Assembly: GCA_034179945.1 (NCBI GenBank)
Contig: JAXFPD010000017.1
Span: 66,238-130,237, forward strand
Direction: 5' to 3'
Source: Corynebacterium sp.
Lineage (GTDB): Bacteria; Actinomycetota; Actinomycetes; Mycobacteriales; Mycobacteriaceae
Length of the DNA stretch: 64,000 nucleotides
The position numbers and the translations under genes are program-made. The notes under the pieces were generated by a model. That model ran no database searches and was not told the origin of the DNA. It saw nothing but the letters and a program-made list of their open reading frames with translations. Positions 55,459 through 64,000 of this stretch are shown in pieces. Numbering within the stretch: position 1 is the first letter of the stretch; each line of letters starts with the position of its first letter.

Positions 55459-56862
55459 GTGAATGCTGTGTCCATTGTCCTCAGCATCCTCGCGCTGCTC
55501 GGATTTATTGCCCTCACTGCCGCCACTGGTATCTTCGTTGCTATCGAATTTGCCATCACCGGCATGGAGCGGGCCACCATCGAGAATCACGTCGCCGAGG
55601 TCGGTGACCGCCGCGCCCACGGGCTCCGCGACGCCGCCGACCACCTCTCTTTTGAACTCTCCGGTGCGCAGTTGGGGATCACCATCACCACTCTGGCCAC
55701 CGGTTTCCTCGCCGAACCCGTCCTCGCCCGATTCATCACTCCCCTCCTCACCGCGATGCGTATCCCGGCGGAGACCGCCCAGGTCATTGCGCTTGTTGTG
55801 GCGATGATCGTGGCAACGGCGATCTCCATGGTCTATGGGGAGCTCGTGCCCAAGAACTGGGCGATGTCCTCTCCCCTGTCCGTTGCCCGGTTTGTCGTAC
55901 TGCCGGTGCGCTACTTCAACAAGGCGTTCTCCGGATTTATCCGCGCCCTCAACTGGTGTGCGAATGCACTCGTACGCCGCTTCGGGATCGAACCGACCGA
56001 GTCACTCGTCTCCGCGCGGAATGCCAACGAGCTGCGGGCACTCGTGCAGTCCTCCGGGGAGCACGGTTCTCTCGATCGTTCCCAGGCGGATATGCTCGTC
56101 GAGTCGCTCAAGTTTGGGGAGGCCGATGCGGACGAATTCATGACACCGCGGTCAACCATTGAGGCCCTCCAGGCTGACGAAACCGTCGCCGACCTCGTCG
56201 CCCGCGCTGCTCAGACGGGTTTCTCCCGCTTCCCCGTCATCGCCGGGGACCTCGACGAGACGATCGGCGTTGTCCACATCAAACAGGCGCTAGGGATTCC
56301 GCGCGAGGAGTGGGAAACCACCACAGTGGACACCCTCGCCCGGGTGGTTCCCGTCGTCCCCACCTCCCTCGACGGGGATTCCCTCCTCGCCACCGTGCGC
56401 AGCGCCGGCTCCCAAATGGTGCTCGTCGCCGACGAGTACGGCGGCACCGCCGGGATCATCACCATCGAAGATGTCATCGAGGAGATCCTCGGTGAGGTCT
56501 ACGACGAGCACGATCCGACCGGCACCGCCGACCGTGAATTCCGCAAAATCAAAGCCGGGGCGTGGGATGTGGCCGGTCTCGCCCACGTCAGTGACCTGCC
56601 GGAGACGGTGGGGTACTATCCGCCGGAGGGCCCGTATGAGACGCTTGGCGGGCTCATCATGGCGCACCTCGGCCGCATTCCGGAGGCGGGAACGGCCTTG
56701 CTGTTGCCGCAGACCGCCTACGACGGGCTCGATGAGTTCCACTCCGGGCTGCCCGGGCGCTGGTTGGCGCGGGTGACATCGATGGATGGGCGCCGTGTTG
56801 ACCGGGTCACGCTCACCCCGCTCACCGATGAGGCCGCAGCCCAGTGGGAGGCCAACCAATGA
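55459..56862 (+). CDS. CNNM/hemolysin-family membrane protein (DUF21 + CBS pair + CorC_HlyC)
   Basis: An N-terminal 4-TM DUF21 domain (AIEFAITG) is followed by a CBS region and a C-terminal transporter-associated domain. Confidence 0.85.
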   Translation: MNAVSIVLSILALLGFIALTAATGIFVAIEFAITGMERATIENHVAEVGDRRAHGLRDAADHLSFELSGAQLGITITTLATGFLAEPVLARFITPLLTAMRIPAETAQVIALVVAMIVATAISMVYGELVPKNWAMSSPLSVARFVVLPVRYFNKAFSGFIRALNWCANALVRRFGIEPTESLVSARNANELRALVQSSGEHGSLDRSQADMLVESLKFGEADADEFMTPRSTIEALQADETVADLVARAAQTGFSRFPVIAGDLDETIGVVHIKQALGIPREEWETTTVDTLARVVPVVPTSLDGDSLLATVRSAGSQMVLVADEYGGTAGIITIEDVIEEILGEVYDEHDPTGTADREFRKIKAGAWDVAGLAHVSDLPETVGYYPPEGPYETLGGLIMAHLGRIPEAGTALLLPQTAYDGLDEFHSGLPGRWLARVTSMDGRRVDRVTLTPLTDEAAAQWEANQ

Positions 56863-57902
56863 GTCTGCCCGTTGCCACCGTCCTCATCATTGTGTTGCTG
56901 GCCATCAACGCGTTCTTTGTGGCCTGCGAGTTTGCACTCATCTCCTCGCGGCGCGATCGCCTGACCACCCTCATCAGCCAGGGCAATCGCCGCGCCGCCA
57001 CGGTGCTGCACGCGACGGAGGAACTCTCCTTCCAGCTCGCTGCCGCCCAGTTGGGGATCACCGTGGCCTCCCTCATCTTGGGCAAGGTGGCCGAACCGGC
57101 GATTGCGCACGTGCTGGAAATTCCGCTTGCCCAGTTCAACCTGTCCGAGGCGGTGATTCACACCATTGGGTTTGTCATCGCCTTGACCATCATCACGTTC
57201 CTCCACATTCTCCTCGGCGAGATGGTACCGAAGAACATTGCCCTCGCCGGGCCGGAGGCCACCGGTTTGGCCCTCGTGCCCGCACTCATCGTCTTTGAGA
57301 AGGTATCCCGACCGTTCCTCAACCTCCTCAATGCGATCGCCCGGTTGAGTCTGCGGATGATCGGGGTGGAGCAGAAGGACGAGCTGGAATCCTCCGTCAA
57401 CGCCGGGGAGCTATCCTCCATGATTGCGGAGTCGCGCTCCGAGGGGCTGCTTGACGCGGAAGAACACGCCCGGCTGAAGAAAGCCCTCCAGGCCGACAGT
57501 ACCGCCATTGAGAACATTGCGGTCTCCCTCGATGCGATGACCACGGTGCCGCTCGGGTTGACGCTCGGCCAGTTGAAGGAGACGGTGGCAACGACGGGCT
57601 TCTCCCGTTTCCCCGTCCGTGGCAAGCGCGGATTCATCGGCTATATCCACGTGAAGGACTTTCTCAAGCGCCTCGCCCACTCCCCCAACGATGAGGAGCC
57701 GATCAGCCGCACGGACGTCCGCCCGCTCATCACCCTGTCGGCGACGCTGCCGATTGACGATGCGCTGCGCCGCCTCCGGTTTGAACGCGCCCACATGGGG
57801 CAGGTGGTCAAGGAGGGGCGGATCATCGGTGTCGTGTTCATGGAGGACCTCATTGAGGAGTATGTGGGCACGGTGCGCGACTGGACACACAGTGAGCGGT
57901 AG
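56859..57902 (+). CDS. CNNM/hemolysin-family membrane protein (DUF21 + CBS pair only)
   Basis: This is a paralogue of the previous gene that lacks the CorC_HlyC domain. The start overlaps the upstream stop as ATGA. The same long-plus-short pairing is known in mycobacteria. Confidence 0.85.
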   Translation: MSLPVATVLIIVLLAINAFFVACEFALISSRRDRLTTLISQGNRRAATVLHATEELSFQLAAAQLGITVASLILGKVAEPAIAHVLEIPLAQFNLSEAVIHTIGFVIALTIITFLHILLGEMVPKNIALAGPEATGLALVPALIVFEKVSRPFLNLLNAIARLSLRMIGVEQKDELESSVNAGELSSMIAESRSEGLLDAEEHARLKKALQADSTAIENIAVSLDAMTTVPLGLTLGQLKETVATTGFSRFPVRGKRGFIGYIHVKDFLKRLAHSPNDEEPISRTDVRPLITLSATLPIDDALRRLRFERAHMGQVVKEGRIIGVVFMEDLIEEYVGTVRDWTHSER

Positions 57903-57918
57903 TTGGCTGCTACACTGA

Positions 57919-59403
57919 GTGAATCTGTTGACTCAATGTGGAGGTCTAGCAAACGTGGCTCGCCATGCGTCGGAAACCAACAATACAGAGGTAGCACCGT
58001 ACGTGTGGGTGGTGGCGGCCATCGCCGTTATCGCCCTCATCGCCGCCGGAATCTGGGCACTGGTCACACCGAAGTCTGAGGAGGCAGCCGCCCCCACCGC
58101 GGAGTGCGCCGCCGGGCCCCTCACCTTCTCCGTGGCGGCCGGACCCAACTCGGTGGTGCGCAGCCTCGGCGACCAGTATGCGGCGAGCGCCCCGGTGGTG
58201 CAGGACTACTGCGTCTCCCCCACCTTCGGGCAGGACATGGCCCAGGCGGCCGCGTTTGCCGCCGCCGGGTCCCCGCAGTCGATCTCCCAAACCCTCCAGG
58301 CAGCCGGGCGGACCCCGGCGAGCAGCAAGTGGACAATCGCCGGTGAGACCCGGCTCGGCATCGCCCACCGTGACGGAGTGGACTTCCCCGGGGGCACGTG
58401 GGGGAACCTCGCCAACACCGATGTCGCCTTCGTCCGGGATCAGCAGAACGTCTCCACCCTCATTGCTGCGGCGATGGCCGGTGGGGATCCGGCCCGCGCA
58501 CAGAGTTTCCTCACCGACGGTGAGGTGGAGTCGATCCAGGCGGCTGTCGATGCCGAGCGGCCCTACATTGCTGTGAGCGAAGCGGACACTCCCGCCGGCT
58601 ACACGTTCTACAGTCCGGATGGGTTTGCCCTGCCCACCTACTTTGTGCCGTTGACCGCGACGGATGCGGTGGATGAGAACCAGGTGCGGGCGGCGAGTGA
58701 TTTTGCTGCCTACATTGCCACTCAGGTGGCTGATACCCCGCTCAGTGATGAGCACGAGGCGTGGTTGCTCGCCGGGGAGCAGATGAACGGGTCGGCTGCG
58801 CCGAACTCCGATCCGTCCGCCTCCGGGGTGGTTGCCTCCGATACGCTCTTCCTGCTCAACACCTCCGCAGCGATGGCGGCCGAGTCGCAGTCGACGACAT
58901 GGATTGCCGCCGCGAAGGAGACGATCACCGCCACTGCGGCGAAGGTCACCGAGGCGGGCAAGCAGGTGGCTCTGTGGAACTACTCCTCCCCCCTCAACCC
59001 CGGTGTGGTGAAGGGGTGGCGGGCGAACACCGGCTTTGGCCCGGCCTCCGGCATTGCCGAGGAGCTCAGTTTGCTCACCACCGGTGGGGACTCGTGGACC
59101 CGTTCCTCGGTGGTGGCGGCTCTCCAGCAGGGTGCCGTGCAGGCGCAGGCGACCGGAGCACCGGTGACAGTGCTCGTGATTTCCACCGGATCGGCACAGG
59201 AGATGGATGATGCGGAGTTCACCGCCCAGTTGGATGCCGCCCGTGGCACCGCCGATGTGCGGGTGAACGTGATCACTATTGGTGGTGCGCAGCCGGATGC
59301 GGCACTACAGGTGTGGACGGAAGCGCACGGTGGGTTGACCACAAATGCAGATACACCCCAGGCCATGGACACCGGTGTGCGGGGTCTGGCTGGGGTGCAG
59401 TAG
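57919..59403 (+). CDS. membrane-anchored protein with a periplasmic-binding-like region and a C-terminal vWA-like domain
   Basis: An N-terminal TM helix is present (VWVVAAIAVIALIAAGIWALV). The C-terminal third is vWA-like (TLFLLNTSAAM ... VTVLVISTGS) with a degenerate MIDAS motif. Confidence 0.55.
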   Translation: MNLLTQCGGLANVARHASETNNTEVAPYVWVVAAIAVIALIAAGIWALVTPKSEEAAAPTAECAAGPLTFSVAAGPNSVVRSLGDQYAASAPVVQDYCVSPTFGQDMAQAAAFAAAGSPQSISQTLQAAGRTPASSKWTIAGETRLGIAHRDGVDFPGGTWGNLANTDVAFVRDQQNVSTLIAAAMAGGDPARAQSFLTDGEVESIQAAVDAERPYIAVSEADTPAGYTFYSPDGFALPTYFVPLTATDAVDENQVRAASDFAAYIATQVADTPLSDEHEAWLLAGEQMNGSAAPNSDPSASGVVASDTLFLLNTSAAMAAESQSTTWIAAAKETITATAAKVTEAGKQVALWNYSSPLNPGVVKGWRANTGFGPASGIAEELSLLTTGGDSWTRSSVVAALQQGAVQAQATGAPVTVLVISTGSAQEMDDAEFTAQLDAARGTADVRVNVITIGGAQPDAALQVWTEAHGGLTTNADTPQAMDTGVRGLAGVQ

Positions 59404-59407
59404 CCGG

Positions 59408-59950
59408 TTAGGCCTGTTTGCGGGCGCGGTAGGCGGCGAGCTCGTCGACCGCCTCGGAGACTTCCGGCACCTCGGAGGGGTAGTTCGGGATCATGCCCGT
59501 CAGCTCCGTGTAGATAGTGCCGATGCCGATGCCGAAGATGCCGGTGCCGCTGGTGACGGCGTCGAGGATTTCCTCATCGGTGTGGCAGAGGTAGACGTTT
59601 TCCCCGTCGGAGATGAGGGTAATCTGGCTCATCTCATCGATGGTGAGCGGGGCGATGGCGGCAAGGCCATCCCGGATGTTGACGAGGGCGACGCCCGTGT
59701 CGAGTAACCCCTTGACAATCTTGAGCATGAGGATGTCGCGGACGGAGTAGAGGCGCTGAGAGCCAGATCCACGGGCCCCCCGAATGGAGGGGGTGACGAT
59801 CTTGCTGCGCGCCCAGTAGTCGAGTTGGCGGTAGGTGATGTCGGCCACCTGGCAGGCGGTGGGCACCCGGTATCCGACCTCCTGGTCGGGGCCGATTTCA
59901 AAGAGGGACTCCTGGACGACGTGGTCAGCCATGAAAAAGCTCCTTCGCAA
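59408..59950 (-). CDS. MerR family transcriptional regulator
   Basis: The MerR HTH is YRVPTACQVADITYRQLDYWAR. This is the last gene of the odhI-ftsR-nuclease-merR string. Confidence 0.8.
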   Translation of the reverse strand: MRRSFFMADHVVQESLFEIGPDQEVGYRVPTACQVADITYRQLDYWARSKIVTPSIRGARGSGSQRLYSVRDILMLKIVKGLLDTGVALVNIRDGLAAIAPLTIDEMSQITLISDGENVYLCHTDEEILDAVTSGTGIFGIGIGTIYTELTGMIPNYPSEVPEVSEAVDELAAYRARKQA

Positions 59951-60056
59951 CTGAGAACACTCGAGTAACAGATGTTAACTCTAAAGTGCAACTTTAACGT
60001 TGCGATACATTCTATACACAACCATGTAATTTGTCACGTGTGATTTGAGCTGGGCC

Positions 60057-60566
60057 CTAGCCCGCATCCTCCACCCCAAGGTCGCGCATGAGCCGCAAGA
60101 ACTCATCATCATCGGACACATCGATGAACTCCCCCACGGTCGCATCCGGCTCCGGCAACTCGGCTTCCCCATCGAGAATCGCCAACACATCCGTCCCCGG
60201 AGCCACGGTAAAGCCCACCTCGGCGAGGAGATCGGGATCGATCTCCAGCTTCACCCCCGTTGCCAAGTGCAAAACTAACAGGTCAGAGACGCGGCAATCC
60301 ACCTTCTTCTCGCCGGCTTCAATCGTGCCCAAAAACTGGCCCCGATAGTACGAGTCGATGACGAGGCGGCGAATCCCCACATCCTCGAGGAGGTCCGCAA
60401 CCACATCCATCGGATCCGGGGAGGACGGGGTGTACTCCTGGCGCGCCTGGATGCGCTCGGCAATCGCCGCAGTGGTCCACACCGGGGCAATCCGGGTGCC
60501 GCTGCGCAGAATGAGGCAGGCGGCCACCCGAGCGGTGGCAAACCACACCGCTTCCAACTCAATCAT
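60057..60566 (-). CDS. bifunctional nuclease (DUF151) family protein
   Basis: The length and conserved position between two MerR genes fit this family, and the acidic C-terminal tail is typical of it. Confidence 0.7.
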   Translation of the reverse strand: MIELEAVWFATARVAACLILRSGTRIAPVWTTAAIAERIQARQEYTPSSPDPMDVVADLLEDVGIRRLVIDSYYRGQFLGTIEAGEKKVDCRVSDLLVLHLATGVKLEIDPDLLAEVGFTVAPGTDVLAILDGEAELPEPDATVGEFIDVSDDDEFLRLMRDLGVEDAG

Positions 60567-61258
60567 GCGAGCAACTCGCCCTTCACCACCGTGGCCACGA
60601 GCGAGATCACCTGGGCGGCAACCTCCTGGCTCAGCTCCTCGGCCCGGTGCCGGTCCGCCGAATCCGTACCCGCCGTCGCCGGCTGCACCACCCGGCGGAT
60701 GAGATCAGCCTGGCGGGAGGCACTGTTCTTGAGCATCCGCAGGGCGCGGTCATCAAAACCGACCTCGCGCAGGGCCACCAGCGTGCGCACAAGGGCAACA
60801 TCGTCAGCGGAGAAATACCCGGCCCGATCCGGAGCAATGAGACCGAGGCTGAGGGCGTTGGCCACAACCTCCTCCTCCACACCGGCCTGCTCGGCAACCT
60901 CCCGGTCTGTCAGCCGGCCTGTGGCCGGCTGCCGGAACGAGTCAGCAGAGACGACGGGCACGGGCATGATCGAGGACATCGTGCCCTCATCCATGGCCAC
61001 CAACTGCTCGCGGATCACCTTGAGTGGTAGGAACTTATCGCGCTGAACAGTGAGGATATAGCGAAGCCGCTCAACATCGGCATCCGTAAAACGCCGATAG
61101 CCTGAGGCCGTGCGGGCTGGGGAAACCAGCCCCTCCGTCTCCAAAAACCGAATCTTGGAGACGGAGACATCCGGGAATTCCACCTGGAGCCGTTTCAGGA
61201 CGCTGCCGATAGACATCGTCGTGGTTTTCGGCGCGCGTGCTGCAGCCGCAGACCCCAT
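60563..61258 (-). CDS. ftsR: MerR family transcriptional regulator (FtsR-like)
   Basis: The MerR HTH is SIGSVLKRLQVEFPDVSVSKIRFLETEGLV. The gene lies immediately downstream of odhI, as in C. glutamicum. Confidence 0.7.
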   Translation of the reverse strand: MGSAAAARAPKTTTMSIGSVLKRLQVEFPDVSVSKIRFLETEGLVSPARTASGYRRFTDADVERLRYILTVQRDKFLPLKVIREQLVAMDEGTMSSIMPVPVVSADSFRQPATGRLTDREVAEQAGVEEEVVANALSLGLIAPDRAGYFSADDVALVRTLVALREVGFDDRALRMLKNSASRQADLIRRVVQPATAGTDSADRHRAEELSQEVAAQVISLVATVVKGELLA

Positions 61259-61683
61259 TACTTCGTCGACTGCACGAAGACCAGACGGAACTTGCCCACC
61301 TGCACCTCATCACCTGAGGCGAGGACCTGCGAGTTCTTCGGTTCCCGGTTGACGTAGGTGCCGTTGAGGCTTCCCACATCGACCACCTCGAACTGGCCCT
61401 GGTTCTCCCGGAACTCCGCGTGATGGCGGGAGACGGTGACATCGTCGAGGAAAATGTCCGAATCCGGATGGCGCCCGGCGGTGGTTACCGGCTGATCCAG
61501 CAGGAAACGAGCGCCCGCATTCGGGCCCCGCTTGACCACGAGAAGAGCGGACCCCGCCGGCAGATCGGCGGCGGACTCGCCCGAGGACGAACTCGGTGCC
61601 CCCTCCATCTCCTTGAGTAGGTCAGCACGGAAAACAGACGTGGTTTCTACCTGAGTCTCGGGCAGCTCATTGTTCTCGGTCAT
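61258..61683 (-). CDS. odhI: FHA-domain oxoglutarate dehydrogenase inhibitor OdhI (GarA)
   Basis: The N-terminal phospho-threonine motif ETTSVFR is followed by an FHA domain (GRHPDSDIFLDDVTVSRHHAEF). Confidence 0.9.
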   Translation of the reverse strand: MTENNELPETQVETTSVFRADLLKEMEGAPSSSSGESAADLPAGSALLVVKRGPNAGARFLLDQPVTTAGRHPDSDIFLDDVTVSRHHAEFRENQGQFEVVDVGSLNGTYVNREPKNSQVLASGDEVQVGKFRLVFVQSTK

Positions 61684-61751
61684 GAAGTTTATGCCTCCGG
61701 TCAAAAAATGGACTGAATGTATTTCACGTTTCTTTTACAGCATAGCCCAGC

Positions 61752-64000
61752 CTAGCGGAAAATATCTCCTATCCCGCGCAACAGCGATGACCCGGACTTT
61801 TGCAGCGGATTATCGCCCACCATGTACGTCCACGTCGCCGACGGGCGCACCAAACCCTCCTCATCAAGGTGCGCCCCGTCCCCGTCAATGCGGATCCGCT
61901 CAAAGGTCTCCACCGCCGCAGCCACAGCCGCATTGACCAGCTCCTTAAACTCGCGCACCGCAATCCGGTGGAACTCCGTCAAGGGGGTCTCCCGGGCAAT
62001 CGCGCGCAGGTGGATCGACTCGCGCACCTCATCCATCACCGCCAGGTGCGAGGCCCAGCCATCGTCGAGGTGGTAGAGCATCACCTCCCGGGCCGCCTGC
62101 ACGAGCACCGCATGGTCGAGATCGGCCAGCTCGGCCACCCGCTGCGGTGCCCGCTCGGTGAACTCGTCGAGAGCCTGCTCGGTATCGAGCAGTTTTGCCC
62201 GCCGCGCATCGATGATCTCGCGCTGATCGGCCAAGAGCTTCGAATACTTCCACGTCTGGGAGTGAATCTCCAACAGCTGGCCCTCTGTCACCCGCTGGCA
62301 GTGATCGACAAACTCATGCACCTTCTTCTCCGTGATCAGCCCGGTCCCATCGGGGTGAGCCGTCACCTGTTCTCCGGCCCCACCACTGACAACGAGGTCG
62401 TCGTCGAGGCTGACAAAGAGCACGGCATAGCCGGGATCGCCCTGGCGGCCGCTGCGCCCGCGCAGCTGATTGTCCAGGCGGGCGGTCTTGTGGCGGTTCG
62501 AGCCGATGACACACAGTCCCCCGGCCTCGACAACGCGCTCTCGGTCGGACTCGTCCGTACCACCGAGTTTGATGTCAGTGCCGCGGCCGGCCATCTGGGT
62601 GGAGACGGTGATCCGCCCCACATCACCGGCCTCGGCGATGATCTGTGCCTCCTCCGCATCGTTCTTAGCGTTGAGGACGTTCACCTCCACCCCGGCCTCC
62701 CGCAGCTGGGAGGCGAGCTCCTCAGACTCGGCGACATCTTCGGTGCCGACGAGGATCGGCTGGCCGGTTTCGTGGCGTCCAAGAATCTCCTCGACGATGG
62801 CGGCCGTCTTCTCCTCGGCGGTGGCGTAGATGCGGTCGGCCTCGTCGATGCGGATGAGCGGGCGGTTCGGCTCAATAACCGAGACCCGCAGGTTGTAGAA
62901 CTCGCGCAGCTGGTCGGTGGCCTCCACCGCAGTGCCGGTCATCCCACAGACGAGTGGATAGCGCCCCATGAGGGCCTGGATGGTCATCGAGTCGAGGATG
63001 CGACCGCCCTCCGAGACCGCGAGGCCCTCCTTTGCCTCGACGGCGGCTTGGATTCCGTCGGGCCAGCGCTGGAGTTGGGCGACCCGGCCCTTTGAGGCGT
63101 CGATGAGTTCCACCTTGCCCTCGCGGACAATGTAGTGGACATCGCGCTGCAGGAGGGCCTGGGCGTGGAGGGCGAGATTCACCTGCACGAGGGTGGTGCC
63201 AACGTGTTCTTCGTCATAGAGGGAGCTGATGCCCAAGGCCACCTCCACCTTCGTGGCGCCGGCATCGGTTAGGAAGGCGGTGCGCCCGTCGGAGCTGACG
63301 GTGTAGTCCTCCCCGGCGGTGAGATTCTTCACAATCTGGGTGATCCGCCCCTGTGGGGCGGTCCCCGGCACCGACCCAGCCAACACGAGCGGAACGAGGG
63401 CCTCGTCGACGAGGACGGAGTCGGCTTCGTCGACAATCGCCACATCCGCCCCGTGCTGCACCGCGTCGGCGCGGCGGGTGATGAGCTGGTCGCGCAACAC
63501 GTCGAACCCGAGCTCATTGACCGGACCATAGACCACGTCGCGCTGGTAGATGGCGCGGCGTTCCGCCTGCGGCACCTGCTCCCCGATCGCGCCGACACTC
63601 AACCCGAAGAACTCGACGAGGGGGCGCATCCACTCCGCGTCGCGGGCGGCCAAATAGTCGTTCACCGTGATCATGTGCACGGATTTCCCCCGCAGGGCGA
63701 ACCCGGTCGCGGCCATCGCCCCGACGAGGGTTTTGCCCTCACCGGTGGCCATGTGGATGACGTCACCGTCGAGAAGCCGCAGCGTGCCCTGCGCCTGGAC
63801 GGGAAACGGCGTCAACCCGAGGGTGCGCTCACTGGCCACCGCCAAACAGGCGAGGAACTCGGCTGGGGAATCCACATGCTCGCGACCATAGGCGGCCAGC
63901 TCTGCGTCACAGAGGCCGGTCAACTGTGCGGTGAGGTCCCCGGCGGCCTCCACCGTCTTCAAACTCTGCTTCTGATTGCGCCCCTTGCTCGCGCCGAGAG
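61752..64000 (-). CDS. secA2: accessory preprotein translocase ATPase SecA2 (5' end beyond the right edge)
   Basis: SecA motor motifs are present (MATGEGKTL, VDEADSVLVDEA). The short C-terminus and position next to odhI fit SecA2. The frame stays open to the window edge (...LGASKGRNQKQSLKTVEAAG). Confidence 0.85.
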   Translation of the reverse strand, partial: LGASKGRNQKQSLKTVEAAGDLTAQLTGLCDAELAAYGREHVDSPAEFLACLAVASERTLGLTPFPVQAQGTLRLLDGDVIHMATGEGKTLVGAMAATGFALRGKSVHMITVNDYLAARDAEWMRPLVEFFGLSVGAIGEQVPQAERRAIYQRDVVYGPVNELGFDVLRDQLITRRADAVQHGADVAIVDEADSVLVDEALVPLVLAGSVPGTAPQGRITQIVKNLTAGEDYTVSSDGRTAFLTDAGATKVEVALGISSLYDEEHVGTTLVQVNLALHAQALLQRDVHYIVREGKVELIDASKGRVAQLQRWPDGIQAAVEAKEGLAVSEGGRILDSMTIQALMGRYPLVCGMTGTAVEATDQLREFYNLRVSVIEPNRPLIRIDEADRIYATAEEKTAAIVEEILGRHETGQPILVGTEDVAESEELASQLREAGVEVNVLNAKNDAEEAQIIAEAGDVGRITVSTQMAGRGTDIKLGGTDESDRERVVEAGGLCVIGSNRHKTARLDNQLRGRSGRQGDPGYAVLFVSLDDDLVVSGGAGEQVTAHPDGTGLITEKKVHEFVDHCQRVTEGQLLEIHSQTWKYSKLLADQREIIDARRAKLLDTEQALDEFTERAPQRVAELADLDHAVLVQAAREVMLYHLDDGWASHLAVMDEVRESIHLRAIARETPLTEFHRIAVREFKELVNAAVAAAVETFERIRIDGDGAHLDEEGLVRPSATWTYMVGDNPLQKSGSSLLRGIGDIFR

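Noticed and set aside
55459-57902. The tandem CNNM/hemolysin-family genes might be a novel duplication.
   Set aside because: A long (with CorC_HlyC) plus short (without it) adjacent pair is the arrangement I remember from mycobacteria, so it is ancestral rather than novel.

Overview
This is high-GC actinobacterial core chromosome. The gene content and order point to Corynebacterium or a very close relative: otsA/otsB, thrE, tlyA-nadK-recN-steA-steB, xerD-parA-scpAB-rluB-cmk-der, hisGE, arc-dop-pup-pafA-pafBC-tatAC-helY with no prcBA between pup and pafA, lnt(ppm2)-ppm1, rbpA, ftsR-odhI and secA2. I call about 70 protein genes, 2 tRNAs and 2 pseudogenes. I see no rRNA, CRISPR array, transposase or prophage. 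Almost every gene is a recognisable housekeeping function, and I did not find a convincing intact multi-gene novel system. The observations most worth a second look are listed here.
1. A decaying accessory patch sits between ppm1 and rbpA. It holds a vWA-domain gene killed by an in-frame TGA plus a homopolymer frameshift, head-to-head with a leucine-rich-repeat gene relic broken by a 10-bp tandem duplication.
2. A small ORF heads the otsA operon, and its C-terminus is (AKKTT)x6 encoded by a 15-bp tandem array.
3. There is a tandem pair of C1B (PepC/bleomycin-hydrolase-like) peptidases, one with a truncated C-terminal arm.
4. A DD-peptidase-like secreted protein with degenerate motifs is translationally coupled to der.
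5. A lower-GC gene-poor stretch at about 52.4-53.0 kb contains an unlisted 53-codon two-TM ORF and two palindromes.
The many long ORFs antisense to recognisable genes are high-GC artefacts. I could run no database searches and no numerical composition analysis. Function calls rest on motifs readable in the translations and on remembered synteny with C. glutamicum and M. tuberculosis.
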